DNA of 64,000 nt from IMG/VR virus record IMGVR_UViG_3300032053_011398. One strand, 5' to 3'. Shown here piece by piece: positions 29,124 through 38,406 of this stretch. The stretch's first letter is position 1; each line of letters starts with the position of its first letter. This DNA comes from a virus. Below the pieces are notes generated by a model, which was given only the letters and a program-made list of their open reading frames with translations, was not told the DNA's origin and made no database searches. Made by a program: the position numbers and the translations under genes.

Positions 29124-30611
29124 TTATTGGCCTTTCTTGGTGATGCGATCCAAGCGGGCTTTGAGGTCGCTCGAACCACGAGTCGGGGGTGGGGACACGG
29201 CGGACGTGGCGGGCGGCTCCTCCACCTTTTCCTTCATTGGAGGAGCAGGGTCGCGGCGTTCTTCGGGCACGCCTTCCTCCTCTTCTACGCTGCTTTCAGC
29301 CTGGCGGCGAGCTGGGGGTGCGGGCGCATCATTTTCTTGCGGGGCCGGAGCCGAATGACGGGTTGGCGGAGCTGGAGCTTCTTCCTGGACTGGGGTGTTC
29401 CGGCGGGTCGGAGGAGCTGGAGCTTCGACGGAACGGCGGACAGGAGCCAAAGTGGCAGGCGCTTCCTCCTGGACGGCGGGAGCCTCGCGCCGGGCCGGAA
29501 CTTCCGCGCCTGGAATCTGGTCTTTCTCCAAGTCACGCTGGGTCACCGGCTTCTCAGGCCGGTCGTCTTCCTCGACTACGCGGCGGCGGGGAGGGGGAGC
29601 AGCGGAGCGGCTTTCCTCGCGGGCAGGAGCGCGACGGTCATCCTTGGCGGGCGCTTCGTCACGCGATGAGCGGCGGGTGCTCGGCGCTTCGTCGTTGCCG
29701 CCGGTGGAGCGGCTGGAACGAGTGCCGGGACGGTCGCTATCATCATCATCTTCGCCGGTGAAGCGGTTGCGGCGACCACCTCGGTCGTCATCCTCCTCAC
29801 CACGGCGGTATCCACCACGGCTGCCTCCGCTGTCGCGGGTGCGCGTGCGGCGACCACCGCCGCTTTCGGTGTCCTCCTCGAACTTGACGGCCATTTCCAG
29901 CAGTTGCCTCTCACTGGCGATGGTGATGGTCGGCTTGCGGAGACGCGCCCAAATCTTGCCAATCTTGGCGTCCCAATCCGGGTCTTTCGGGTCGAAGATG
30001 GGGCCGAGTTCCTGGCGATCCAAGCGCACACCTTTGGTCCCATGAGTTGCCAAGAGGTTACAACCGGTCTCCAAATCCAGCACGCCCAGCTCCGAGGGTT
30101 CACCGCCGCCCTTGCGGCGGGTTGTCGCCCAACGCTGATACTTTTTGAAGTCCTCCCAAGTGGTCTTATACATGTCGAACTCGTAAGGGTTCAACAGTTC
30201 CTCGTCGGGCATCTCCTCGATCTTTCCACGAGCGTCTTCCTTGTCGAACACCACGCACCAAACGCGGTAGCGCAGGACGCAACGTGCCTGGTAGCCCAGG
30301 TCACGGATGGCGTCGTCTCCGCTTTCGTTCAGGCGCTCCGACAGTTCACAGATCGGACAGGGCGCGTTAGAATTTCCGCCGAAAGCTTTCTGCGTGTAAA
30401 CCGGACAAGTGACCGGCCTATTGTTCCGCCAATGCTGGGCCAGCCGAGCGTAAAACATGCCGTCCGCCCCGAAGGTGACCGGCAGCAGCCGGAGGTTCCA
30501 GGTGTGGTTGTTCTCGATTTTAACCCGACGCGCAGTTTTGGTGAGGAGCGACACACTCCGTTCGTCCTCCTCCATATACTTCCACATCGCCGATGGTTTA
30601 ATATCACTCAT
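29124..30611 (-). CDS. gp32-like single-stranded DNA-binding protein with long disordered tail
   Basis: LRLLP, QHW, TCP, CPICE; lies between RecA and the UvsY-like gene. Confidence 0.7.
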   Translation of the reverse strand: MSDIKPSAMWKYMEEDERSVSLLTKTARRVKIENNHTWNLRLLPVTFGADGMFYARLAQHWRNNRPVTCPVYTQKAFGGNSNAPCPICELSERLNESGDDAIRDLGYQARCVLRYRVWCVVFDKEDARGKIEEMPDEELLNPYEFDMYKTTWEDFKKYQRWATTRRKGGGEPSELGVLDLETGCNLLATHGTKGVRLDRQELGPIFDPKDPDWDAKIGKIWARLRKPTITIASERQLLEMAVKFEEDTESGGGRRTRTRDSGGSRGGYRRGEEDDDRGGRRNRFTGEDDDDSDRPGTRSSRSTGGNDEAPSTRRSSRDEAPAKDDRRAPAREESRSAAPPPRRRVVEEDDRPEKPVTQRDLEKDQIPGAEVPARREAPAVQEEAPATLAPVRRSVEAPAPPTRRNTPVQEEAPAPPTRHSAPAPQENDAPAPPARRQAESSVEEEEGVPEERRDPAPPMKEKVEEPPATSAVSPPPTRGSSDLKARLDRITKKGQ

Positions 30612-30638
30612 AGATAGTCTTTCAATCGTTATTTTTGT

Positions 30639-31142
30639 TTACTGCGATGGCTCGTCATCAATCGTCTTCCGGCGCGTAGCCTCGGACGAACGCATGGCCT
30701 GCAACTTCAGCCGCAGGTTCTCCATCGTCTCCGACAATCGAACCACGTAACTCTTTAGAACGGCATAGCGATGCCATGCGTCGTAGAGTTCCTGATCCTG
30801 GGCTAAAACGGATTGCACGGTAGTTTCGGTCATCTTATCGGCATAAAGCGTGCCCCAGTCTTGACGGAGTTTCATGAGCTTTTCACCGGCCAGCCACTCT
30901 GCGTCCTTCTTCGCATCGTGCATGGTGATGCTGAATTTCTGGATGTGGTCGTTGATCTCCTCCATGACGCATGGCAACTCGGTCGCAGCCAGACCGAAGT
31001 CAAGGCTGTATTGCTTTTTGAACCAGTGATCCACGTCCAACTTCAACTCCGCGTTGTCGATGGCGATAAGGATGGGCGTTTTCGGGTCGAGTTTTGGCTC
31101 GTGGATTGGTGCGGATGGTTTATTGACGGGTTCGCGTGCCAT
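30639..31142 (-). CDS. UvsY-like recombination mediator
   Basis: Helical, KMTETTVQSVLAQD; synteny with SSB and RecA. Confidence 0.5.
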   Translation of the reverse strand: MAREPVNKPSAPIHEPKLDPKTPILIAIDNAELKLDVDHWFKKQYSLDFGLAATELPCVMEEINDHIQKFSITMHDAKKDAEWLAGEKLMKLRQDWGTLYADKMTETTVQSVLAQDQELYDAWHRYAVLKSYVVRLSETMENLRLKLQAMRSSEATRRKTIDDEPSQ

Positions 31143-31144
31143 AA

Positions 31145-32431
31145 TCAGTCGGGTTTGATAGTGGATAACTTAATGAGCTTGGGCGCTCGGCTTTCCACAG
31201 CATCGAAACGCTCAAGAATTTTTTCGTGGGTTACGGCCAAATGACAGTGGCAGATCGTCTGGCTCTCGCCCATCGGGCAACGGTTATGCGGGAACTGCGC
31301 CCAGGCGTAGCAAGGGCTATGACGGCAGGCTCCCTGTTCCCAAATGGCCGTGTCCATGTATTCCTTGTCGTAGCCGAGACGGACACCGGGATCATGACTG
31401 CCCCACAGGGACACGCAGGGAGTGCGGAGCGCCTGAGCGATGTAGAGCGTGGCCGAATCCAGGCTCAAACAACAATTTGCCCTGGAGATCAATTGCATCA
31501 GGTTGCGGAGCTGAGTCTTGCCGCAGAGGTTGGCTACCCGCCCCGCGCTCACCAAATCACGATCTACGGTGCCTATGAAGTCACCTGCCGACATGTCCGT
31601 CGTGGGCATCCGGTCTCGGAGCGCCCCCACGACCAGCACCGGGCGGCGTTCTGCCAGGCATTGAATCGTGCTCAGCATCGTCTGATACGAGGTCGAACGA
31701 AGGGAACTATTGGAAAAGGGCGCGACCACGTAGTAGCCGGTATGGCGCAAGTCCAGATGAAGCCGCGTGTTCTGGAAAACCCAGTAGAAGAAATCGTCGA
31801 GGGTCTTGGTCTCGCTGTCGGCGATCCGCGCATACGGACGTTTGAATCGGGCATCGACCGTTGTCGGGTCGATGCCCAGGCTGGCGTAGAGGGAATCGTA
31901 AACATTTAGCTGATCCGCCTCCTCATTGTATTCGGTCACGCTGTCGATGAACCAGTGGTAGTCGTATTGCGGCAGATCGTCATAGAGCACTGGACCGACC
32001 AAAGGGCTGGCGGACGCCAGGTAAGGACACCCGTTCAGGATCATGCCGCGCTCGGCGTAGGCGTAAAAGTAGAGATTGATTTCGCCGCCCGTGACATGGT
32101 GAAGGTAGGCCATCGGGCCGGTCGTAAAGAGCAGATCGCCGATTCCACGGTCGCGGTATCGCTCGATCAAAATGGTGGAGTCGGTCAGACGCACCTTCGA
32201 GGCCGTCCTTAACGGCTTGTAGAGGGACGAACCCTCCAGATCGGACATCTTTTCGATGTAAGGAGCCAGGTCATCCAGCACGTCGGCATTCAAGATGTGG
32301 CGGCGTTTTGGGTTCAGTAGCCAGGTCTCGTCATCCGACCGGCGCATCATGACCGGCCTGTTTAACGATGCCACTACCCATCGCGCGTTGTGCGGTTTTC
32401 GATTCATGCTCAAAGAAGAACCCTTTTTCAA
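31145..32431 (-). CDS. GT9-family (heptosyltransferase-like) glycosyltransferase
   Basis: RGIGDLL; NLCGKTQLRNLMQLI..LDSATLYIAQALRTPCVSLWG. Confidence 0.88.
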   Translation of the reverse strand: MKKGSSLSMNRKPHNARWVVASLNRPVMMRRSDDETWLLNPKRRHILNADVLDDLAPYIEKMSDLEGSSLYKPLRTASKVRLTDSTILIERYRDRGIGDLLFTTGPMAYLHHVTGGEINLYFYAYAERGMILNGCPYLASASPLVGPVLYDDLPQYDYHWFIDSVTEYNEEADQLNVYDSLYASLGIDPTTVDARFKRPYARIADSETKTLDDFFYWVFQNTRLHLDLRHTGYYVVAPFSNSSLRSTSYQTMLSTIQCLAERRPVLVVGALRDRMPTTDMSAGDFIGTVDRDLVSAGRVANLCGKTQLRNLMQLISRANCCLSLDSATLYIAQALRTPCVSLWGSHDPGVRLGYDKEYMDTAIWEQGACRHSPCYAWAQFPHNRCPMGESQTICHCHLAVTHEKILERFDAVESRAPKLIKLSTIKPD

Positions 32432-32688
32432 ACGTATCGTTCCGAAATCCGTATTAAGCCCTGGGACGACCGTGGCTGCTTCCTGACCATCGACACGCGC
32501 CGATAGCGGATCACTTTCTTCTGCCGCGTCAGCACGGCCAGGTCAGAGAGCAGCCTGCCTCTCAACCGTCTCGATTCTGTTCTATCTTTAACCCGGCGCG
32601 TCAGCTCGTCGATCATCGCCATCGTCTGGACAAGTTGGCCACGCCTGACCCGCAAATAGGCCAGAATGTCATCCGTGAAATCAAGCAT
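32428..32688 (-). CDS. small basic hypothetical protein
   Basis: Coupled ORF. Confidence 0.65.
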   Translation of the reverse strand: MLDFTDDILAYLRVRRGQLVQTMAMIDELTRRVKDRTESRRLRGRLLSDLAVLTRQKKVIRYRRVSMVRKQPRSSQGLIRISERYV

Positions 32689-33202
32689 CGCTACATTTTG
32701 GTTCGTTAAAAATTTGCTTAATCATCCCTTGATGGTTGACAAATTTGCCCCGTTCATACTCGTAAAGCGCATTGCAGTTATGACAGCGAATATCAACATC
32801 CTGTTTCTTACCCAACCAAATTAGAGTCAGTTCACCCATAGATAATTTTCGCTTCTTGTCCTTAAGATGATTGATCGCAAGAACCCGCACATCTGTATTT
32901 CCACAAACGGAACACGCGGCTCCCAGTTTTCTAATAATTAAGAACCTTAAATAAGTCTGGCCAGAAACACCAAACTTCGCTGCTTCAAAGACCGCACCGT
33001 GAATTTTCTTGCGTCGAGGAGGACGCCGCTTAATTCCCAACATCTTGAGCACGCTTAAAATGGATGGTTTTGCGGTTCCATCGACTTTAGCGATTTCCTG
33101 GGCTGACAAACCGTAGCCATAAAGACGGCCAATTTGCTTTCGGCTGAGTTTACCAATCAACCTCGCTTTTTTCTTAAAATAACCAGTCGGTCTTTTCCAC
33201 AT
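32681..33202 (-). CDS. HTH plus HNH endonuclease
   Basis: LSAQEIAK HTH; CSVCG..LAINH..CHNCN; AT-rich. Confidence 0.75.
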   Translation of the reverse strand: MWKRPTGYFKKKARLIGKLSRKQIGRLYGYGLSAQEIAKVDGTAKPSILSVLKMLGIKRRPPRRKKIHGAVFEAAKFGVSGQTYLRFLIIRKLGAACSVCGNTDVRVLAINHLKDKKRKLSMGELTLIWLGKKQDVDIRCHNCNALYEYERGKFVNHQGMIKQIFNEPKCSDA

Positions 33203-33218
33203 ATTGCCCTAAATACAC

Positions 33219-35588
33219 TCAAAGTTTACCCATATACGGATGGATCGTTTCAGGTATGCTTTCCCATTCTTGTTTCGACCAAGATCGGACAGCGGGCCAT
33301 ATCTGGTAATTCTTAAAAAAATGGATTCCTTTTGGTCCATTGGGATAATTGTGGACATAGCCGGGACGAATATTAGGCAAAACCTTGTTCAAAAACTCCT
33401 CGAAATCGTAAAGCGGATCGTCAAAGTGACCACTCTGGACGTGCTTCTCCCTGGTTTCCTCTTTCGTCCGGCGCGTGCTTGTGAAGTGGTAAACGATGAC
33501 CCGGTTTTCGTTGTAAACCTGGCCGATGGGCGTCCGGCAATCGCGGAAGACGCAGCTCTGGCCGACATAGGAAATCACCCGGTCGGTCGCGCCTTGGATC
33601 GGGTAGCCCGGAAAGCCCACCACCGGGATCATCGGCAATGAGATTGCCAGCGGGTTGCTTTTGTCAACAATATCCTTTATGAGTGCCAGAGAACCAATCT
33701 GCCACAGTTCGTCGCTATCCACGACGCAGATTTGATTGAAGCCGTTCTGCCGCACCCAGGCCAGGCTGTCGTTGCGAACCCGCGTCTCAACCGCGATCCG
33801 GCTGTCGCCCGCGAAGCGGTAATCGGACACGCAGAAGATTTTGGCCAGGGCCTTGGCACCCAAGGAGCGCAGCCACTCGGCGGCGTCGAGCACCTGCTGG
33901 ATGTCGCCCTGGGGTGTGGACTTGCCCGACCAATATTCGTCCGGGATGCAGAAAAAGAAGTTGCGGATACCCTCGTCAAACAGCCGTTTGACCACTTCCC
34001 GCAGGCAAAGGTCGTCACGGGTCGCTTGCGTATAGACGGCGAACTTGCTGTAGTCCGCGCTTGGGCGTGCCGCCTCGGCCTTGACCGCGCCCTTCACGTC
34101 GTTGGGGAAATTGCGGTGCTTGCGGAAATTGAACAGCATCTCTCCCCGATTCCACCGCTCTTTACTGGCGTGGACCAGATCAACTTCGTCGCGGGGGCGC
34201 TTGTTGCAGTCCGGGTGAAGATGCTCAATGGGGATGTGCTTGGCATTGATGACCCGGCCTTCGCCGTAAGCGACCTCGGTGAACTCGGTATCGCAATTGT
34301 GGCTCAGATACCCCCCTGCGATGAAGTTCTTTGTTGACGTTTTTAAGCAGACCACCGGACCCATTCCTGCCGGTTCGATTCGCATGATCCGGTCGGGCGC
34401 GGTGAAGCGCGATTTCAAAATTCTGGAAAGTGCCTGCGGCGAAGTTCGCTTCAACGGCAGAACCATGTTCAGAAACCGGACGTAAGCCGATTTGCCGCCA
34501 GTGATCGTAAACACGCGCTGCTTGTGCTGCCGACCCGTCTTTTTGGAATAGCGCGAGTCGTCCCAGTCGTCCGCCGAAAAGGAAAACCCATATTTAGCCA
34601 GCAACCGTTCAATCTCCGCACAGATGGTAGGATTAGCCACAACCGATTGGCTGATAACAGGAAAAGTGCCTTCACCGTCCATGATCCCAGCGAGCCATCC
34701 AAGCTCCCGTGCCTCCGTGACGGAAACATTCGGAAGTTCCGTAGATTCGATGACGTGCAGCAGTTGCCGTCCGACTCTTGGATGCCCGTAGATGAAACCG
34801 TTTTCTACAAGAATCGGTCCATTTTTAAGTGCCAAACCGGGAACTTTGGCCGTGCTGCCTGCCAGTCGGCCATCGCCCTTGTAAGCCCAAAAATGGTCCG
34901 GTGTGCAGATCAATTCGCGCCCGGAATCCAAAATGACGCGCACACGTTCGGACTCGCGGCGCATTACCCTCGCTACTTTGGCTTCGGACAGAAAATTGCG
35001 TTGCTGGAGCGCATCGCCGCGTGCTCCGAATTTCCGTGTTGAACCGATTACAGCGTCACCTACCGCGACATCCCCAATCGGCTTGAAGGTGATGTCGCCC
35101 ATCCAAACCGGAGTTTCAGGGGAAAGGCAGAAGATCGACTCGTAGCTGGGATAAAACAGGTAGCCGAACTTCTCATAGCGGACACGGGTCAGGATGGCCA
35201 AGACCATCAGGTCGTGGACGTAGCCGTCTTCGGTGTGGGCCGTCCAGTCCTCGTCGATCCACCCGGTTTTTAATGTAAACAATTTCTCATCCCAGTCCTG
35301 ACAGGGTTTGAAGTCGTCGGCGATGGCGAGGATGACTTTGCCGGTTGTGGCGGCTGCGGCCAGATTCCAGCCTCGCACGCTGTTGTAAGGTGGTTCATCC
35401 TGAATGACTATCTTGGCATCCGGCACGTGCTTGGCGTATTCGATGGCCTTGAGGTTGTTGCCGTCCACGGCGATGACAACCTCGACGGTGTGCTTACCCG
35501 AAGCAGTTCTGCGCCAGGTCTCGACGGCAATCGGAATCACGTCGGCCCGGACGCTCGTGTAAGCCAATGAGAAAGTTGGTTGTGCCAT
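33219..35588 (-). CDS. two-domain GT2 glycosyltransferase interrupted by an intein
   Basis: VIAVD, GWNLAA, IADD, then second domain VVDSDE; start at MAQPT. Confidence 0.85.
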   Translation of the reverse strand: MAQPTFSLAYTSVRADVIPIAVETWRRTASGKHTVEVVIAVDGNNLKAIEYAKHVPDAKIVIQDEPPYNSVRGWNLAAAATTGKVILAIADDFKPCQDWDEKLFTLKTGWIDEDWTAHTEDGYVHDLMVLAILTRVRYEKFGYLFYPSYESIFCLSPETPVWMGDITFKPIGDVAVGDAVIGSTRKFGARGDALQQRNFLSEAKVARVMRRESERVRVILDSGRELICTPDHFWAYKGDGRLAGSTAKVPGLALKNGPILVENGFIYGHPRVGRQLLHVIESTELPNVSVTEARELGWLAGIMDGEGTFPVISQSVVANPTICAEIERLLAKYGFSFSADDWDDSRYSKKTGRQHKQRVFTITGGKSAYVRFLNMVLPLKRTSPQALSRILKSRFTAPDRIMRIEPAGMGPVVCLKTSTKNFIAGGYLSHNCDTEFTEVAYGEGRVINAKHIPIEHLHPDCNKRPRDEVDLVHASKERWNRGEMLFNFRKHRNFPNDVKGAVKAEAARPSADYSKFAVYTQATRDDLCLREVVKRLFDEGIRNFFFCIPDEYWSGKSTPQGDIQQVLDAAEWLRSLGAKALAKIFCVSDYRFAGDSRIAVETRVRNDSLAWVRQNGFNQICVVDSDELWQIGSLALIKDIVDKSNPLAISLPMIPVVGFPGYPIQGATDRVISYVGQSCVFRDCRTPIGQVYNENRVIVYHFTSTRRTKEETREKHVQSGHFDDPLYDFEEFLNKVLPNIRPGYVHNYPNGPKGIHFFKNYQIWPAVRSWSKQEWESIPETIHPYMGKL
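34296..35129 (-). mobile_element. 278-aa intein with LAGLIDADG-like motif
   Basis: CLSPETPV, CTPDHFW, GWLAGIMDGEG, NFIAGGYLSHN followed by Cys. Confidence 0.93.
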
Positions 35589-35616
35589 AATTCCGTTCTG
35601 TAGAACGGAAAACGAT

Positions 35617-35859
35617 ATGGTGTGCGAGAACGAGAAACTGCGCGAGAAACAACAAAAGTGTTTGGCGCTGGCCCAACAAAGCGCGAGGTTGTCGGCGAAG
35701 GTTGCGCCCCTGGTCATCGCTTCGGCCTTGCTCCAGGAAGCGATGAACCTGAACCAGCAGTTGGTCTTGCTGGCCAATGAATTGAGCAATGAGCGAGAAG
35801 CAAAAAATCCTGACCCTCATGGTGGAGAAGTTCCGCCAGAAGCACGGCCATCCGCCTGA
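35617..35859 (+). CDS. possible small helical protein
   Basis: CGTTCT motif upstream; overlaps the next ORF by about 70 nt. Confidence 0.45.
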   Translation: MVCENEKLREKQQKCLALAQQSARLSAKVAPLVIASALLQEAMNLNQQLVLLANELSNEREAKNPDPHGGEVPPEARPSA

Positions 35860-36067
35860 GAAAATCGTGGTCGCCCCCGTGGCGCTGGTCTCGCTGGGCC
35901 TGAAGAAAAGCGTCGCGCCGGTCTGGAACGACGTGCCGGTCGAGTGCCGCCTGTTCAAGGAGGAGGAAGTCGCAGCCCGGCATGAAAAAGCCAAAGTCAA
36001 AAATCTCGGCGTCTTCGTGAAGGAGAAGCGGGGCAGGCTCCAATTGGCAGCCTGTGACCTGCTTTAG
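35789..36067 (+). CDS. hypothetical protein
   Basis: ORF with typical codon bias. Confidence 0.65.
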   Translation: MSEKQKILTLMVEKFRQKHGHPPEKIVVAPVALVSLGLKKSVAPVWNDVPVECRLFKEEEVAARHEKAKVKNLGVFVKEKRGRLQLAACDLL

Positions 36068-36078
36068 CTAGGAACGCA

Positions 36079-36645
36079 ATGATGACTTATCTCGACATCG
36101 ACAAAGTGCAGAAAGCAAAAGCTGGATTCAGTTTTGACTACGGTCCTTTGCTGGACCAATTGCTCGCCCGCGTGCCGGTTAACGGCTTGGTGGTTGAATT
36201 AGGCTGTTTTTTGGGGTGCAGCACCGCTTATATCGCCCAATTTTTTAAACAACGCCAGCAAGCTGTGCGATTTATAACCTGCGATACTTTTCAAGGCTAC
36301 GCGGCAGCGAATCAATTTTACTTTGAAACGCTGAATAACCTGAAAGCCTGCGGGGTGCGCGATAACGTCCACGTCGTCACCGCCCGGTCCTGGGACTTGG
36401 CTGATCTCTTTGACAGCCAGGAGGTAGATTTCGTTTGGGTGGACGCCGCGCATGACTACCCATCTGTTCAACATGACTTAGAAGCATGGCTACCCAAGCT
36501 CAAATCGGCGCATTGCATTGCAGGCCATGACTATAGCGAAACTGGAGTGAAGCGGGCGGTTGATGAAATGGCCGCAGAACACAATCTGAGAGTCCAAGTT
36601 TACAATCCGGCAGGTTGGCAAAGCTGGTTCTTTAATTCAGCATAA
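36079..36645 (+). CDS. class I SAM methyltransferase (Methyltransf_24-like)
   Basis: VELGCFLGCST, DTF, VDAAHDY..D..AW.PKL, GHDY. Confidence 0.88.
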   Translation: MMTYLDIDKVQKAKAGFSFDYGPLLDQLLARVPVNGLVVELGCFLGCSTAYIAQFFKQRQQAVRFITCDTFQGYAAANQFYFETLNNLKACGVRDNVHVVTARSWDLADLFDSQEVDFVWVDAAHDYPSVQHDLEAWLPKLKSAHCIAGHDYSETGVKRAVDEMAAEHNLRVQVYNPAGWQSWFFNSA

Positions 36646-36689
36646 TCCTAGAACCAGCTTCTTGGATTACTTTAATTTGTAAACAAAAG

Positions 36690-37598
36690 CTATCGTTCGA
36701 CCAATTTTCCGTGCTGACCGCGCTTATATCGGGTGATAGAATGCTCCTTCGGGGTGCCGTTAAGCCGATTCCCGTAGTGCTGTTCAAAAGCATTATCATA
36801 GGTCCAAGCAGCGTCAACTTCCAGTTTGAAGTAGCCAAGGCATACCAACTTGCGGTCAATGGTGACCCGGCACTGCCAGCTTTTTCCAGGAGCAAACCAA
36901 GTGACACCCCGGTAGCTTGATTTCGCCCCCACTATGCGCGTCATGCGCCCCATGTTGGCCCGGCTGATTTTGTCGCGCTGCTCTGGAGTGCGCTTTAGAC
37001 CTCGGTGTGCCGCCGCGCACTTCTCAACGTGCTCCAAGGATTGTTTTTGACCGAGCTGGGCCTTGGCCATGCTCCGGCAGTGCTGTTTCAGCCAAGCTTG
37101 AAGTCCTGGATTAGCAGCACGAGCCGCCTGGACTTTAGCTACGTGTTCCGGGCTGACGACTTTGCCTTTGTTACTTGTGCTAATTCTGGCAGCAATTTCA
37201 GGAAGCATCCTGTGGCCAGTTTCGGCTTCGAGCTTGTCACAATAGACTTTTCTGGCTTTCCTCATAGCTTCACGGCGAGCTTCTTTGATATGCCCGGCCA
37301 GTGGACCGGTATGGCTTTCTCCCCAGTTGAGCAAGGTATCAACTCCGTAAAACCTGATGCGCCGTCTTTCTTCCATCAATGCTTCGATTTCGTCATCGGT
37401 CTCGAAGACTTTGCGCGGTTTGAAATCCTTACCAGAAGCAATCAAGTCGCTGAGGCCATGGTAAAGATAGAGCTGAGTTTTGGAGGGTGGTTGAAGGGCA
37501 TAACGCCGATGCTTATACATCCTCTGACCAGAACCTTTACCTACGTAGCAGACAGTCCCACCAGGCACGATCACTAATTCGTAAACATAATACTTCAT
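36690..37598 (-). CDS. GIY-YIG homing endonuclease with NUMOD3 repeats and AP2 domain
   Basis: YVYEL..YVGKGSGQRMYKH; KISRAN repeats; SSYRGV..LGYF..E.DAA..YD. Confidence 0.88.
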   Translation of the reverse strand: MKYYVYELVIVPGGTVCYVGKGSGQRMYKHRRYALQPPSKTQLYLYHGLSDLIASGKDFKPRKVFETDDEIEALMEERRRIRFYGVDTLLNWGESHTGPLAGHIKEARREAMRKARKVYCDKLEAETGHRMLPEIAARISTSNKGKVVSPEHVAKVQAARAANPGLQAWLKQHCRSMAKAQLGQKQSLEHVEKCAAAHRGLKRTPEQRDKISRANMGRMTRIVGAKSSYRGVTWFAPGKSWQCRVTIDRKLVCLGYFKLEVDAAWTYDNAFEQHYGNRLNGTPKEHSITRYKRGQHGKLVER

Positions 37599-37625
37599 GC
37601 GTCAACTATGGCGCATGTTTATCCC

Positions 37626-38399
37626 CTAGTCAATTTGCACGGGCGGAAACAATTGCATATTTTGCAGCCGCTCGCGGAGCTTGTCCAGGCGAGCCTGGGC
37701 GTTGGTGCGCTTGGCTTGATCGAGGATCATGGGCTGAAGCGGGGCGGGCACCGCGCCGGAGAATTTGGCCAGAACTTCACCGTAGGTGTAACGGGCCTGC
37801 TCCGTGGCGAACTCCTTGACCCACTGGGAACCGGTCAAATCCAGGTCATCGGTCCTGGCGTAAGAGGCATACATAAAGACACCTGCCTGGTATCGCTCGA
37901 TGGGATTGTGGATCATCAGGCACTTTCGACCTTCATCGTAAAACCACTGGGGCTGGACCGAGGTCACGCGCTGCCAGACCTTCCGCCAGCGGAGGAACGT
38001 GTCATACTCGTCCAGGCCAGTGCGGAACAGGGGCGCGGGGTTAATCAAATTTCCGTAGAAAATTTCCGTCGGAACAGGGTTAGGCTCAACGAAATGCACC
38101 TCCACGACGCCCTGGTAAACATTGGCGTCCTTGAGATATTCGTAGATGCCTTTGACTAGGCTGAGACTGCCGACCCGGATGGTGGGCCTCCACTGGCCGT
38201 AGAGCTGAAGGCCGTCGTTGACGGCATCGAGAACCTGCTGCCGGGTCAGCTCGACATTCCAGGTAGGGGCACCAAGCTGGCGGAAGATATAATTAACGAG
38301 CTGGTCCATGGTGTAACCAGTCTGCGGCAGCGTGTCGGGCGACGCCGCCGAAGTCATCACCGGCTGGGCCGAATTGCTACTTGGGCCTGATACAGACAT
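37626..38399 (-). CDS. neck protein (T4 gp13-like)
   Basis: YIFRQLGAPTWNVELTRQQV; WVKEFAT..YGEVLAKF. Confidence 0.85.
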   Translation of the reverse strand: MSVSGPSSNSAQPVMTSAASPDTLPQTGYTMDQLVNYIFRQLGAPTWNVELTRQQVLDAVNDGLQLYGQWRPTIRVGSLSLVKGIYEYLKDANVYQGVVEVHFVEPNPVPTEIFYGNLINPAPLFRTGLDEYDTFLRWRKVWQRVTSVQPQWFYDEGRKCLMIHNPIERYQAGVFMYASYARTDDLDLTGSQWVKEFATEQARYTYGEVLAKFSGAVPAPLQPMILDQAKRTNAQARLDKLRERLQNMQLFPPVQID

Positions 38400-38406
38400 G
38401 CCCTAA

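Noticed and set aside
35589-35789. N-terminal extension of the GT2-intein ORF
   Set aside because: Antisense to plus-strand ORFs; the CGTTCT motif supports ATG 35588
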